From Bacteroidales bacterium (lineage in GTDB: Bacteria > Bacteroidota > Bacteroidia > Bacteroidales > VadinHA17): a stretch of 64,000 nt of DNA. Below, in pieces: positions 8,273 to 20,312 of this stretch (the first letter of the stretch is position 1; each line of letters starts with the position of its first letter). The DNA lies in the NCBI GenBank assembly GCA_020201035.1, contig JAIVHO010000001.1, positions 5,967 to 69,966 on the forward strand, in the 5' to 3' direction. Below the pieces are notes generated by a model that was given only the letters and a program-made list of their open reading frames with translations, had not been told where the DNA came from and did not search any database. The position numbers and the translations under genes were made by a program.

Positions 8273-9594
8273 TGGAAAACAACCGCAAAGGGGAAATAAG
8301 GCATTCGACTCCCGTGGAGGAGATAATGGGAAACCCGCCGTCAGGGATGGTGAGATGGGGTACTGTTGTTTTTGCCCTTATACTCCTTCTGGTAATAGCA
8401 GCATCATGGTTTATCAGGTATCCCTATATTGTCTACGGAAACACCGTTATCACGACAGAAAATCCACCTGTTCCCCTTGTGGCAAGAGTCTCAGGAAGAA
8501 TTGAGAGTCTGCTTGCAGAGGAGGGAGGGAAAGTACGTAAAGGAGATGTACTCGCTGTAATGGAGTCGGCAGCCAGGTACAGTTCAGTGCTAAGGCTTAC
8601 AGAGAGGATGGATGGCTTTGAAATGCTGGCACCTGAATCTTTTGCCGCGAGGGATACGTCAGAGCTGCTGCCCGAGCAGCCGGGACTGGGTGAGCTGCAG
8701 GAGTACTACTCCAGGTTCAGAAAGAGCTGGAGTGATTATTATAATCATATTGCCATTGATCAGTATGGAAAAAAGGCGGCTGCCCTAAAAGAAGAGATAG
8801 AGGGAATCAGGAGATACCGGTCAAGACTCTTTTCCACGGCACGACTGTACGAAGAGCGTTTGAGGCTGGAGCACAGCAAGTATCTTCGCGATTCAACTCT
8901 TTTCAACAGGGGGGTCTATTCAGCCGAACAGTTTGAGATATCAGGACAAAACAGGCTGAAGGCTGCCATTGAGCTTGAACAGGTACGTCTCGATATTGCA
9001 ACCAGGGAGATTGATATCTCCGTAAGGCAGAGGGAACTGCAGGATATAATTGCCACGGGTGATGAGGAGAGGAAAAATTACCAGTCATCACTTGAGGCTG
9101 CTTACCTGGACCTTGCGGCCCGTGTCGACTGGTGGTGCAGGAACTACCTGCTAACATCACCAATCGACGGCAGGGTGACCCTGGCTGATATATGGGGTGA
9201 AAATCAATCGGTAAGTGAAGGAGATATTGTAATGACTGTGATACCCGAAGGTGAGCAGAAACTCGTTGCGAGAGTTACTGTTCCCTCAATGGGTGCCGGT
9301 AAGGTAGCTACAGGCCAGAGGGTGAATATAAGACTAGCCGGTTATCCGTATCTTGAGTACGGAATGATCCCCGGAATTGTATCAGGGCGCTCCCTGACAG
9401 CAACGGAGAACGGTTTTACGGCCTGGGTTGAGTTACCCGACTCTCTGGTGACGTTTTACGGAAAACAGCTTGATTTCACCCAGAATATGCCGGGTACTGC
9501 AGAAATTATAACAGAGGATATGAGACTGCTGGAAAGGGTTGTTTATCCGTTCAGATATCTTGCTGAAAAGAACAGGAGAGCTTCACAAAGGTGA
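8272..9594 (+). CDS. HlyD-family membrane fusion protein
   Basis: N-term TM, lipoyl-like halves (VSGRIESLLAEEGGKVRKGDVLA; LTSPIDGRV), coiled coil, YPYLEYGMIPG; translationally coupled to the PCAT (TAATG). Confidence 0.92.
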   Translation: MENNRKGEIRHSTPVEEIMGNPPSGMVRWGTVVFALILLLVIAASWFIRYPYIVYGNTVITTENPPVPLVARVSGRIESLLAEEGGKVRKGDVLAVMESAARYSSVLRLTERMDGFEMLAPESFAARDTSELLPEQPGLGELQEYYSRFRKSWSDYYNHIAIDQYGKKAAALKEEIEGIRRYRSRLFSTARLYEERLRLEHSKYLRDSTLFNRGVYSAEQFEISGQNRLKAAIELEQVRLDIATREIDISVRQRELQDIIATGDEERKNYQSSLEAAYLDLAARVDWWCRNYLLTSPIDGRVTLADIWGENQSVSEGDIVMTVIPEGEQKLVARVTVPSMGAGKVATGQRVNIRLAGYPYLEYGMIPGIVSGRSLTATENGFTAWVELPDSLVTFYGKQLDFTQNMPGTAEIITEDMRLLERVVYPFRYLAEKNRRASQR

Positions 9595-9604
9595 CGCTGC
9601 CTGT

Positions 9605-9796
9605 CTATTTGCCGGAGTATGGTTCGTAGTCATCATCTGATAAATCATTGTCGGATCCCTTTGACTTTGACCCTGCTCTTTTTCCACTTATCCAGGAGGA
9701 AAAAACTGAACCCGTACCCTTATTTTTCCTTAATAACCTGCTGCCTATTGCCACTGCTATGACCAGCGCAACTATTAATATATCCTTTGTCTCCAT
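9605..9796 (-). CDS. Small single-TM hypothetical protein
   Basis: 63 aa, N-term TM followed by basic residues, acidic tail DDDYEPYSGK. Confidence 0.6.
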   Translation of the reverse strand: METKDILIVALVIAVAIGSRLLRKNKGTGSVFSSWISGKRAGSKSKGSDNDLSDDDYEPYSGK

Positions 9797-9843
9797 TGTG
9801 AATAAAAAGTGTTATTTGAGATTTTATGACATGAGTTGTAAAA

Positions 9844-10779
9844 TTACTTCAAAGATTCAAGACGGATCACCTGCTGCAGTATTTTTTCAACAGCTATTTC
9901 ATAGCTGACAATGTTAAATCTTATTCTGTTACCCGGCCTGAGCTGCCCAACCTTATCCAGATCAGAAGTGATTATATTGGAAAACTGGGGGTATCCTCCG
10001 ATAGTTTGTGCATCTGCACCCATTATTACCGGATTACCGTCACCAGGAATCTGTATGGCACCATAATGAATCGGGCATGAGATAGTATTACCGGATGTTT
10101 TACCGGGTGTTGCACTGTCAGGGAGAAGACGAAGTCCCATACGGTCGATGTATGGCGATACGGTAAATATTCTGCTGGTCATAAACTCTTTCCAGCTGTT
10201 GCCCAGGAGTGAAAAGTGTATACCGGGAAGGATATCCAGAGTCACTTCATCAGTACATATGGGTATAAGGGAGGCAGGCAGTGCTCTTCTCCCGGGCAGA
10301 AAAGAGCCTGATTTTTCAAGTGGAATTATATCCCCTTTCCTTAATTCCCTTCCTTTTATTCCGCCGAAAGAACCTTTCAGGTAGGTAGAGCTGCTTCCCA
10401 TTGCCGGGGAAACCGCCAACCCTCCGCTGAAGGCGATATATATCCTTGCGCCGGCGGTGGCTGTTCCGGTTTTCAGAACTGCATTCCTGCCGGCCCTGAT
10501 GCTTCTCCACTGGCTCACGGGAGATCCGTTTAGTGTTACTTCACAGGGTGCTCCTGTTACTGCAACCTTGCAGGCAGAAATAAACCTGATTTCGGGGCCT
10601 GTAAGAGTTGCCTCAAGCAGCGGCGCTCCTGGAGGATTTCCTGCCAGTATGTTTGCCGCCTGCATTGAAAAGGTGTCCATAGCTCCGGAAGCAGGAACAC
10701 CGTATCTTCTGAAACCGTTGCGGCCTTTATCCTGAATGGTTGTTAAAGGACCACTGTTTTCAATTATGATGCCTCTCAT
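9844..10779 (-). CDS. pxpC: 5-oxoprolinase subunit C (KipA/AHS2 family)
   Basis: TTIQDKGRNG...GVPASGAMD, DRMGLRL, GAIQIPGDGNPVIMGADAQTIGGYP. Confidence 0.9.
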   Translation of the reverse strand: MRGIIIENSGPLTTIQDKGRNGFRRYGVPASGAMDTFSMQAANILAGNPPGAPLLEATLTGPEIRFISACKVAVTGAPCEVTLNGSPVSQWRSIRAGRNAVLKTGTATAGARIYIAFSGGLAVSPAMGSSSTYLKGSFGGIKGRELRKGDIIPLEKSGSFLPGRRALPASLIPICTDEVTLDILPGIHFSLLGNSWKEFMTSRIFTVSPYIDRMGLRLLPDSATPGKTSGNTISCPIHYGAIQIPGDGNPVIMGADAQTIGGYPQFSNIITSDLDKVGQLRPGNRIRFNIVSYEIAVEKILQQVIRLESLK

Positions 10780-10780
10780 A

Positions 10781-11557
10781 TTACTCCCCTTCTCCGTTTC
10801 TGTTTTCTGTTTCAGTAATATAGCTTCCGTTAGCCACTTGCTCCGTTATCACCCTGAATTCATCTGCGGATACAGACCTGAAGGTAACTCGCATACCTGG
10901 TTCAAACAGGAATGGCGATTCAAGGGACGGATTAAACAGTGTGACCGGTGTTCTGCCGATGATCTGCCATCCTCCGGGTGATGCCACGGGGTAGATACCT
11001 GTCTGGTCACCCGCAATACCAACCGAACCTGCCGGCACCGAGAGAGCAGGATCATCCTTTCGCGGTGTTGATATCCGACTGTCCATTCCTCCCAGGTAAG
11101 GAAAACCCGGAGTAAACCCCAGCATATATATCAGATATGATACTGAGGAGTGAATGCTGATCACTTCATCAGGCTCCAGTGAGCACTGCTCTGCTACATG
11201 CTGCAGATCGGGTCCGTACATCCCTCCGTAACAAACAGGGACAACAACTCCCGGCATTTGTTTTTCATCTGGTTCCATATTCCCGGAGAGTTGAAATCTG
11301 TTTACTGCGTTTACCAGCGTCTCACGTTCAAGCAGCCCGGGGTTATAGTATATCATCAGGCCTGAGTAGGAGGGTACTGTCTCGATTATTCCCTGCAGGT
11401 CAAGTTGTTTAATAAATTTTTCAAAATCATTCACACGGGAATACACACCAGGTGAAATCTCTTCACCAAGAGAGCAGAATATTGCTGATTCTCCTGAATT
11501 ATATATTTTGATATCAGCAGGGGACATTACTTTCATTTTCTCTGACAGTGAAGTCAT
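10781..11557 (-). CDS. pxpB: 5-oxoprolinase subunit B (KipI/AHS1 family)
   Basis: VPVCYGG..GPDL, YMLGFTPGFPYLG, VPAGSVGIAG.QTGIYP..SPGGWQIIGRTP. Confidence 0.92.
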   Translation of the reverse strand: MTSLSEKMKVMSPADIKIYNSGESAIFCSLGEEISPGVYSRVNDFEKFIKQLDLQGIIETVPSYSGLMIYYNPGLLERETLVNAVNRFQLSGNMEPDEKQMPGVVVPVCYGGMYGPDLQHVAEQCSLEPDEVISIHSSVSYLIYMLGFTPGFPYLGGMDSRISTPRKDDPALSVPAGSVGIAGDQTGIYPVASPGGWQIIGRTPVTLFNPSLESPFLFEPGMRVTFRSVSADEFRVITEQVANGSYITETENRNGEGE

Positions 11558-12321
11558 ATTACCGGTTTTATAACCACTCCGTTTTCGATAAGGGTCTGAG
11601 AAATTCTTTCGGCTATAGCTACGGCGGCCGGATTATCACCATGAATGCAGATAGTATCTGGTTTTACCAGTAGTGAACCTCCTCCCTGTACCGGAATTCT
11701 GTTCTCCCTGACCATTGCAAGAGCCCTTTCAGCAACCTCTTCCGTGTCATATATTACAGCCCCCTTTTTACCGCGTGGCACTAGTGTACCATCGCTGTTA
11801 TAGGCCCTGTCAGCAAAGGTCTCAATTACAAATCTGAGTCCGCGTTGCAGTGCTTCATTCTCCAGCGCCGAATTGGGCGGACCAAAAACCAGCAGTTCAG
11901 GATCCATATCGTAGACAGCTTCCGCTATTGCAGCCGCAATATCGGTATTCCCGACAGCATCATTATAGAGGGCACCGTGGGGCTTTACGTGAACAAGCCT
12001 GGTCCCAAGGGCTTCTGCAAGTGACTTAAGTGCTCCTGTCTGGTAGAGAACAAATGCATAGAGCTCATCACGGGACATTCTGATGGTGCGCCTGCCGAAC
12101 CCCTGCATATCCGGATATCCGGGATGTGCACCAACGGCAACACCTGCTTCTTTTGCCAGTCTGATAGTGTTCAGGATTACCGGAGGGTCGCCTGCATGAA
12201 AGCCGCAGGCAATGTTTGCAGAGGAGATATATTTCATAACCAGCGGGTCATTACCGGCCCTGTAGTTACCAAAACCTTCACCCAGGTCAGCATTGAGGTC
12301 TACGGATATTTGAATGGTCAT
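11554..12321 (-). CDS. pxpA: 5-oxoprolinase subunit A (LamB/YcsF family)
   Basis: DLNADLGEGFG, SANIACGFHAGDP, GAHPGYPD, HVKPHGALYN, FADRAY, TICIHGD. Confidence 0.95.
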   Translation of the reverse strand: MTIQISVDLNADLGEGFGNYRAGNDPLVMKYISSANIACGFHAGDPPVILNTIRLAKEAGVAVGAHPGYPDMQGFGRRTIRMSRDELYAFVLYQTGALKSLAEALGTRLVHVKPHGALYNDAVGNTDIAAAIAEAVYDMDPELLVFGPPNSALENEALQRGLRFVIETFADRAYNSDGTLVPRGKKGAVIYDTEEVAERALAMVRENRIPVQGGGSLLVKPDTICIHGDNPAAVAIAERISQTLIENGVVIKPVI

Positions 12322-12377
12322 ATTGGTTGCACTTATAAGATAACAGTTATTATGGTAAGGTAATCAGGCGTTGTTTA

Positions 12378-13619
12378 TTAAATCATATTAAAGATAGAGA
12401 TAATACTTTTAATACCGAGAAAGGATGCCACCAGTACCACTGCAGCGCCTGCTATATTGGCAGGCAGCCTGTTACGGTGGTTTCCGAGAATCTCCCTGCT
12501 GTTCATTACTTTTAGAAGGAATATTGCTATCAGCGGAAGCAGTATTCCGTTTGTTACCTGAGCGAAGAAAATAGCTGCCACGGGTCTGGTTCCTGTCATG
12601 CTGAAGACCACACCTGTCAGCAACACTGCCATCCATACCATCCTGAACCGTTTATCCCGTATTCCTCCCTTCCAGCCGAGGATGCCTGAGGTAGCCCATG
12701 CCGCTGCCAGGGGTGCTGTGATCGCACTTGATAGTCCGGCCGCGAGGAATCCTGCTGCCAGAAAGTAGGGCGCATAGGCTCCCAGCAGAGGCTCAAGCTG
12801 CATTGCCATATCTGCTGCCCCGGTAATGGTCAATCCCCTGCCATGGAACGCTGCTGCAGATGTAATCACAATCGCTGCCGAGATCAATCCGCCAAGCGAG
12901 ATAGATACAATACTGTCGGTACGTGCAGCCCGGAGACCTTCTACGCTCTTCCACCGCTCCCTTGAGGCCGATGCATGCAGGAAGAGATTATATGGGACAA
13001 CCGTGGTGCCTATCAGTCCGGCCACAGTCATAATACCTCCTGCTGGCAGTTTCGGGATAACCATCCCGGATGCAATTGCCAAAGGATCAGGCTTTACCAT
13101 CAGGGCTGTTCCGATAAAGGTAAGACTCATTAGTATCACCAGTGTGATAAGCCCCCTTTCAATTGTGCGGTAACTGCCAAACCATAGCAGCATAAATGCT
13201 ATCAGCCCGATTACCGGAGCCCAGAAATTGACAGAGATGGCTCCTGCCGTGACCAGACCCCTGCCGGTGATTACCATGAGGCCCATTACCCCGCCCATGA
13301 TATTGCCCGTTTCATATGCTGCATTACCTATCGCTATGGCTGACAATACAAGGATTATTGTTGTGATTCGAGCAAAAGGTCTGGCAAATTCCCTTCTGAG
13401 AGCTTCTCCCAGTCCTGTCTGACCCGCCACACCGAGTCGGGCCGCCATCTCCTGTAGAATAAGTGTTGCAATTACCGAAAAAAGGAGGGCCCACAGAAGT
13501 GTATATCCATAATCGGCGCCTGCAATTGAACATGTTGTAACGGTACCGGGGCCAATAAATGCGGCGGCTACCAGGGTAGCGGGACCAATTGATCCAAAAC
13601 CTTTAAACCTTTTACCCAA
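12378..13619 (-). CDS. NRAMP-family transporter (YcsG-like, probable 5-oxoproline uptake)
   Basis: GPATLVAAAFIGPG, QEMAARLG, IGTTVVPYNLFLH; first gene of the pxp operon. Confidence 0.85.
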   Translation of the reverse strand: MGKRFKGFGSIGPATLVAAAFIGPGTVTTCSIAGADYGYTLLWALLFSVIATLILQEMAARLGVAGQTGLGEALRREFARPFARITTIILVLSAIAIGNAAYETGNIMGGVMGLMVITGRGLVTAGAISVNFWAPVIGLIAFMLLWFGSYRTIERGLITLVILMSLTFIGTALMVKPDPLAIASGMVIPKLPAGGIMTVAGLIGTTVVPYNLFLHASASRERWKSVEGLRAARTDSIVSISLGGLISAAIVITSAAAFHGRGLTITGAADMAMQLEPLLGAYAPYFLAAGFLAAGLSSAITAPLAAAWATSGILGWKGGIRDKRFRMVWMAVLLTGVVFSMTGTRPVAAIFFAQVTNGILLPLIAIFLLKVMNSREILGNHRNRLPANIAGAAVVLVASFLGIKSIISIFNMI

Positions 13620-13802
13620 AGCTGACAGTTTACGGATGAAGTTGCTAATCTACAAAAAAGGTTTGATTAACCGCAGGGCGGCATCAGCCCATTAATTAAC
13701 TAATTACTTGAGATTTTATGAATATTTCAATATTTTCGTAGCTTTGCACAGACTAATGAAATGCGGATTGTAATATCCGCTAATGTTCTGAAATAAAGAG
13801 GA

Positions 13803-16422
13803 TTGATTATGACCAAGCAAGATCCGGAAGATGCTGTTCGTAAAGAACAATTCGATAATACCGACCGGGATATCGAAAATAACATGGAAGAAAAGTCAGG
13901 AAAATCGGCTGATGAAGTGACCGGGGATAAAAAGGATGGTGCAGAAGATACTGCCAGGGAAACGGATGGAGTGGAGGCAGTAGCCGGAGATCAGGATAAT
14001 GATCCGGCGTCAGGTGGTAAGGATAACGACGGCAACCTTTCAGAAGGCCGAAATGATGACGGTGGAGAGTCATTTTCAGACAGATCCGGACAGGAGAGTG
14101 AGAATCAGGAGGAAATCAATTCAGAAGTAACTTCTTCAGTAGAGACTGAAGGGGGGGATACGGGTAGTGGCATTGAAAAGCCTGCAGAGGAGTCAGATGC
14201 GGAAGTAGCAGCAGAGAGTGAGAGCGATGAAGAGAAGCCGGAGTCGGAAACGGAAACTGAGTCCGATACGGAAGTAACGGCAGAGAGTGAGAGTGATAAA
14301 GAGAAGCCGGAGTCGGAGCCGGAAACTGAGTCCGATACGGAAGTAACAGCAGAGAGTGAGAGTGATGAAGAGAAATCGGAGACGGAGCCGGAGCCGGAAA
14401 CTGAGTCCGATACGGAAGTAACGGCAGAGAGTGAGAGTGATGAAGAGAAATCGGAGACGGAAACTGAATCCGATACGGAAGTAACGGCAGAGAGTGAGAG
14501 TGATAAAGAGAAGCCGGAGTCGGAGTCGGAAACTGAATCCGATACGGAAGTAACGGCAGAGAGTGAGAGTGATAAAGAGAAATCGGAGCCTGAGCCGGAA
14601 AATGAAAAGAAGCCTGAGTCTATCGACACAGATAAGGATAATGACGGGGATCACGCGGATAAAGAGGCTGCTGAGAAAGCTGATACAGATCCCGGATCAA
14701 AGGATCAAAACGGAGATGATGATTTTGTAGAGGTAACAGTGAGTCCGGAGGAGCTGGAGGAACTACCGGATGTAGATTAGGGAGGATGTAGACAAGATAA
14801 AGGGTTTCTTCTACCGCCGTAATAAGGCTGATAATGAGAAGCTGCGACAGAAATTTGTAGAGGAGGGCGGGAATATTGATGATTTCAAGGCACCGGATGA
14901 TCCTCTTGAAACAAAGATGAGGACACTCCTTTCAAGGTACAGGGGGCGCAGAAGTGAATATTCAAAACAGATTGAGGTAGAGAAGCGTGAGAACCTCCGG
15001 AAGAAATATGAGATCATTGACCAGATAAAGGATCTTGTAAACAGGGAGGAATCAATTAACAAGACTTTCCAGGATTTCAGAGATCTGCAGGCTGAGTGGC
15101 ACTCTGTTGGAATGGTACCGCAATCGGCGCTGAAAAACCTCTGGGAGACGTACAACCACAATGTGGAGGTATTTTATGATTATATCAAGATAAATAAGGA
15201 ACTCAGGGATCTTGATTTCAGAAAGAACCTTGAAAAGAAGGTGGTATTGTGTGAAAAGGCTGAGCATTTACTTCAGGAGAATAATGCAATTACTGCGTTC
15301 AGAAAGCTTCAGGAATACCATCAGCAGTGGAGAGAGACCGGCCCGGTACCCCGTGAGTCGCGCGAGGAGGTATGGGCAAGGTTCAGGGAGGCCACATCAG
15401 AGATCAATAAACGGCACCATGAACATTATGAGAGTCAGAAAGATGATCAGAAACAGAATCTTGAAGCCAAGCGTGCCCTGTGTGATAGGATAGATGCAAT
15501 AAACACTCTTAAAATAAACTCCTTCAGGGAGTGGGAAGATAAGGCAAAGGAGGTGATAGCGCTTCAGCAGGAGTGGCGTACCATAGGATTTGCACCGCGC
15601 AAGCAAAATAATTCGATATATCAGCGATTCAGAGAGGCATGTGACCTGTTTTTCCAGAATAAGAGAAACTTCTACTCTGAGAACAAGGAGGTTCAGCAGG
15701 AGAATCTTCAGAAAAAGATTGCCCTGTGTGAGGCTGCAGAGGCGCTGCAGGAGAGTACCGACTGGAAAGCCACATCTGAGGAGCTAATCAAACTTCAGAA
15801 AGAGTGGAAGGAGATTGGTACAGTACCGAGAAAACATTCTGACAAGGTATGGAAGAGGTTCAGGAAGGCGTGTGATCACTTTTTCAGCAAGAAATCGGAG
15901 CACTTTGCCGGATCAGATAGCTCATTTGAGGAGAACCTTAAGCTTAAGGAAGCACTTATAAAGAGGGTAGAGGAGTTTGCGCATGGCAGTGATCCGAAGG
16001 CAGCCTTCAGCAGGCTAAACGAAATGCAAAAGGAGTGGAATGAGATTGGTTTTGTTCCGTTTAAGAAAAAGGATGAGATTATAGCCCGTTTCAGGGAGGC
16101 CATTAACCGTCAGTTTGACAAGCTGAAAATGGATGATGAGGAGAAGGCCATATATAAGTACCGCACAAGGCTGGAGGGATTAAAGGAGAACCCCAGGGCA
16201 TCAAGAAAGGTGCGTAGTGAAAGGGATAAATTTGTGGCCAGAATCAAGCAGATGGAGAGTGATATAACCCTGTGGGAGAATAATATAGGATTTTTTTCAA
16301 AATCGGCCAGCGCCGAAGCACTTATTCAGGATGTTCAGAATAAGATTGATGATGCAAAAAACACAATTCTGCTGCTTGAGGAGAAGATCAGGATAATAGA
16401 CAGGTCAGGATTGGATGACTGA
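13803..16422 (+). pseudogene. DUF349-domain protein interrupted by a frameshift/deletion at about 14776
   Basis: Acidic N-terminal ORF stops at 14780. A second frame opens at 14776 (IREDVDKIKGFFYRR...) and continues into repeated DUF349-like units (LQ.EW..IG.VP....WxRF...CD.FF). Confidence 0.75.
14190..14600 (+). repeat. Coding tandem repeat, about 6 units of 63-75 bp (ESDTEVTAESESD[E/K]EK[P/S]E...)
   Basis: Near-identical units gagtccgatacggaagtaacggcagagagtgagagtgat... Confidence 0.95.
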
Positions 16423-16436
16423 TACAATTAATTTAA

Positions 16437-18083
<1,647 letters not shown>

Positions 18084-18127
18084 TTGAGAAAACGGAAACA
18101 GGGATTAAGTGAATCAGAAATTATAAA

Positions 18128-20113
18128 ATGGACAAAAATACTATTACGGGTCTTGTACTGATATTTGCAATCTTTTTAGGGTTCAGCCTGTACAACAATA
18201 ATAAGATAACAAAAGCATTTGAAACCTCTGTTGAGCGGGCCGATTCATTATATGATGCAGGCAATCTGGAGGAGGCACGTGTTGAATACCTTAAGGCGCT
18301 TAAATATAAGCCCAATACAGAATCAGCCGGACGGAGGGTGGAGGAGATCAACCGTGTTCTCAGTCCGGCCGCAGCATCCAGATCATCTGCCGCAGAAGAT
18401 ACTCTAAGGGAAGATGCCGTTTCCTCTGATATACAGCAGAACACTGAGGCGGTAGCAGTGCAGAAGCCGGTGTCCCGACAGGATTACGGACGCTTTTCCG
18501 GTGCCGCTGATGGCGATCAGAAGTTTATTGTTATTGAGAATGACCTGATAGAGCTTAAGATATCAACTCTGGGGGGAAGGCCCTATTCGGCGCGATTAAA
18601 AGAGTATACAACCCATGATTCACGGCCGCTTATTCTCTTCGATGGTGATTCTACACTGTTTGGGTTCAATTTTTTCACCTCTGATAACAGACCGGTAAAA
18701 ACAAACGACCTGTTTTTTGAGCCCTATAACACCAGTAGCTATATTGATGCCAGCGAGCGTGATGGGGTGGTTACATTAAGGCTGAATGCTGAAGGAGGCG
18801 GATTTATTGAGTATCGATACACCCTGTCGCCCGATCTCTATCTGGTGAAGTTTGACGTACGCTTTTCTGGCATGGAAAACATCATTGCCGGAAATCAGAA
18901 CGCTCTTTCACTTAACTGGAATTCATATATCCCACAGCAGGAGAAAGGTCGTACAAACGAGCTTAGCGGCACACAGATTAAGTATAAGTATTACCAGGAT
19001 GAGGTGGATGGATTCAGGGAGAGATCCCAGAAGGAGTATGAGGAGGCGGAGATTCCAACCCGGCTCCGGTGGGTGGCTTTTAAGGATCAGTTCTTTTCAA
19101 CGGTACTTATTGCTGAAGAGAGTTTTCTGAACGGATTCGTTACATCATCGGCAATGCCTGAGGGAAGCAGATACCTCAAATATTTTACCGCTGAACTTTC
19201 TGTGCCATATGACGGAGGAGAGGATAATGTTTACAATATGCAGTTTTTTATGGGCCCCAACCACTTTAAAACACTTAAGAAGTACGGGTATGAGCTGCAT
19301 GAGATAATCTATCTGGGTAAGAATATTATCAGGTGGATTAATCAGTATGTGATAATACAGTTATTTAATTTCCTGAATAAGTTTATCAGTAACTATGGGA
19401 TTATTATTCTTATACTGACCCTTATCATTAAAACGGTTCTCTATCCGCTAACCTTTAAGTCATACCAGTCACAGGCGAAGATGAAGGTTCTGAAGCCCAT
19501 GGTTGATGAGCTATCCAAAAAATTTCCCAAAAAGGAGGATGCGGTAAAGAAACAGCAGGCAACTATGGATCTCTACAAGAAGGCCGGGGTGAGTCCTATG
19601 GGAGGATGCCTGCCCATGGCCCTTCAGATGCCAATCCTCTTTGCTATGTTCAGGTTCTTCCCCTCATCAATTGAGCTCAGACAGGAGTCATTCCTCTGGG
19701 CAAAGGATCTTTCAACATATGATTCAATTCTGGATCTGCCGTTTACAATCCCGATGTACGGGGATCACATAAGCCTGTTTACGCTGCTGATGACAGTATC
19801 AACAATACTGACTACCCGTCTGAATAGTCCGACCGGACAGGATCAGATGCCCGGTATGAAGATGATGATGTATATGATGCCGGTAATGTTTATGCTGATA
19901 CTAAATAATTTCTCTTCCGGATTAACGTACTACTATTTCCTTGCCAACATTATAACGCTGGGCCAGAACTGGATATCAAAACGTTTTATTGACGAACAGG
20001 CTGTACTCAGGAAGCTTGAAGCAAACAGGAAAAAACCGGTTCAGAAATCTAAATTCCAGCAACGTCTTGAGGAGGCAGCTAAACAAAAAGGGCATAAACC
20101 GGCAAAAAAGTAG
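18128..20113 (+). CDS. yidC: Membrane protein insertase YidC
   Basis: MDKNTITGLVLI N-term TM, periplasmic domain, NYGIIILILTLIIK, SPMGGCLPMALQMPIL, FLWAKDLS, GLTYYYF. Confidence 0.97.
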   Translation: MDKNTITGLVLIFAIFLGFSLYNNNKITKAFETSVERADSLYDAGNLEEARVEYLKALKYKPNTESAGRRVEEINRVLSPAAASRSSAAEDTLREDAVSSDIQQNTEAVAVQKPVSRQDYGRFSGAADGDQKFIVIENDLIELKISTLGGRPYSARLKEYTTHDSRPLILFDGDSTLFGFNFFTSDNRPVKTNDLFFEPYNTSSYIDASERDGVVTLRLNAEGGGFIEYRYTLSPDLYLVKFDVRFSGMENIIAGNQNALSLNWNSYIPQQEKGRTNELSGTQIKYKYYQDEVDGFRERSQKEYEEAEIPTRLRWVAFKDQFFSTVLIAEESFLNGFVTSSAMPEGSRYLKYFTAELSVPYDGGEDNVYNMQFFMGPNHFKTLKKYGYELHEIIYLGKNIIRWINQYVIIQLFNFLNKFISNYGIIILILTLIIKTVLYPLTFKSYQSQAKMKVLKPMVDELSKKFPKKEDAVKKQQATMDLYKKAGVSPMGGCLPMALQMPILFAMFRFFPSSIELRQESFLWAKDLSTYDSILDLPFTIPMYGDHISLFTLLMTVSTILTTRLNSPTGQDQMPGMKMMMYMMPVMFMLILNNFSSGLTYYYFLANIITLGQNWISKRFIDEQAVLRKLEANRKKPVQKSKFQQRLEEAAKQKGHKPAKK

Positions 20114-20312
20114 AATTAGCTTAAAATATTTGCCAAAATACCTGAAATAGTATATTTTAGAACCTAAATTAGTTGCAGTCAGATCACATAGTAGTTTTTA
20201 TTTAATTCCGGGAGATGCAGATCAATTATCCGGAAGTTAAAATATATGTACCGGTCAATTTATCCTAAAAAAACTGCTGCCGGCAGTTGGTTAATTATTT
20301 AGCAAATATCTG

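Noticed and set aside
1964-9594. Modified RiPP (lanthipeptide, radical-SAM or grasp) biosynthetic cluster
   Set aside because: No modifying enzyme in the window and the core has no Cys; an enzyme acting in trans cannot be excluded.
9844-13619. Functional link between the pxp operon and the peptide system
   Set aside because: Convergent orientation, a common housekeeping operon, and the predicted core peptide does not start with Gln/Glu.
14105-14654. Ser/Leu-rich and Arg/Leu-rich minus-strand ORFs
   Set aside because: Antisense shadows of the acidic tandem repeat.
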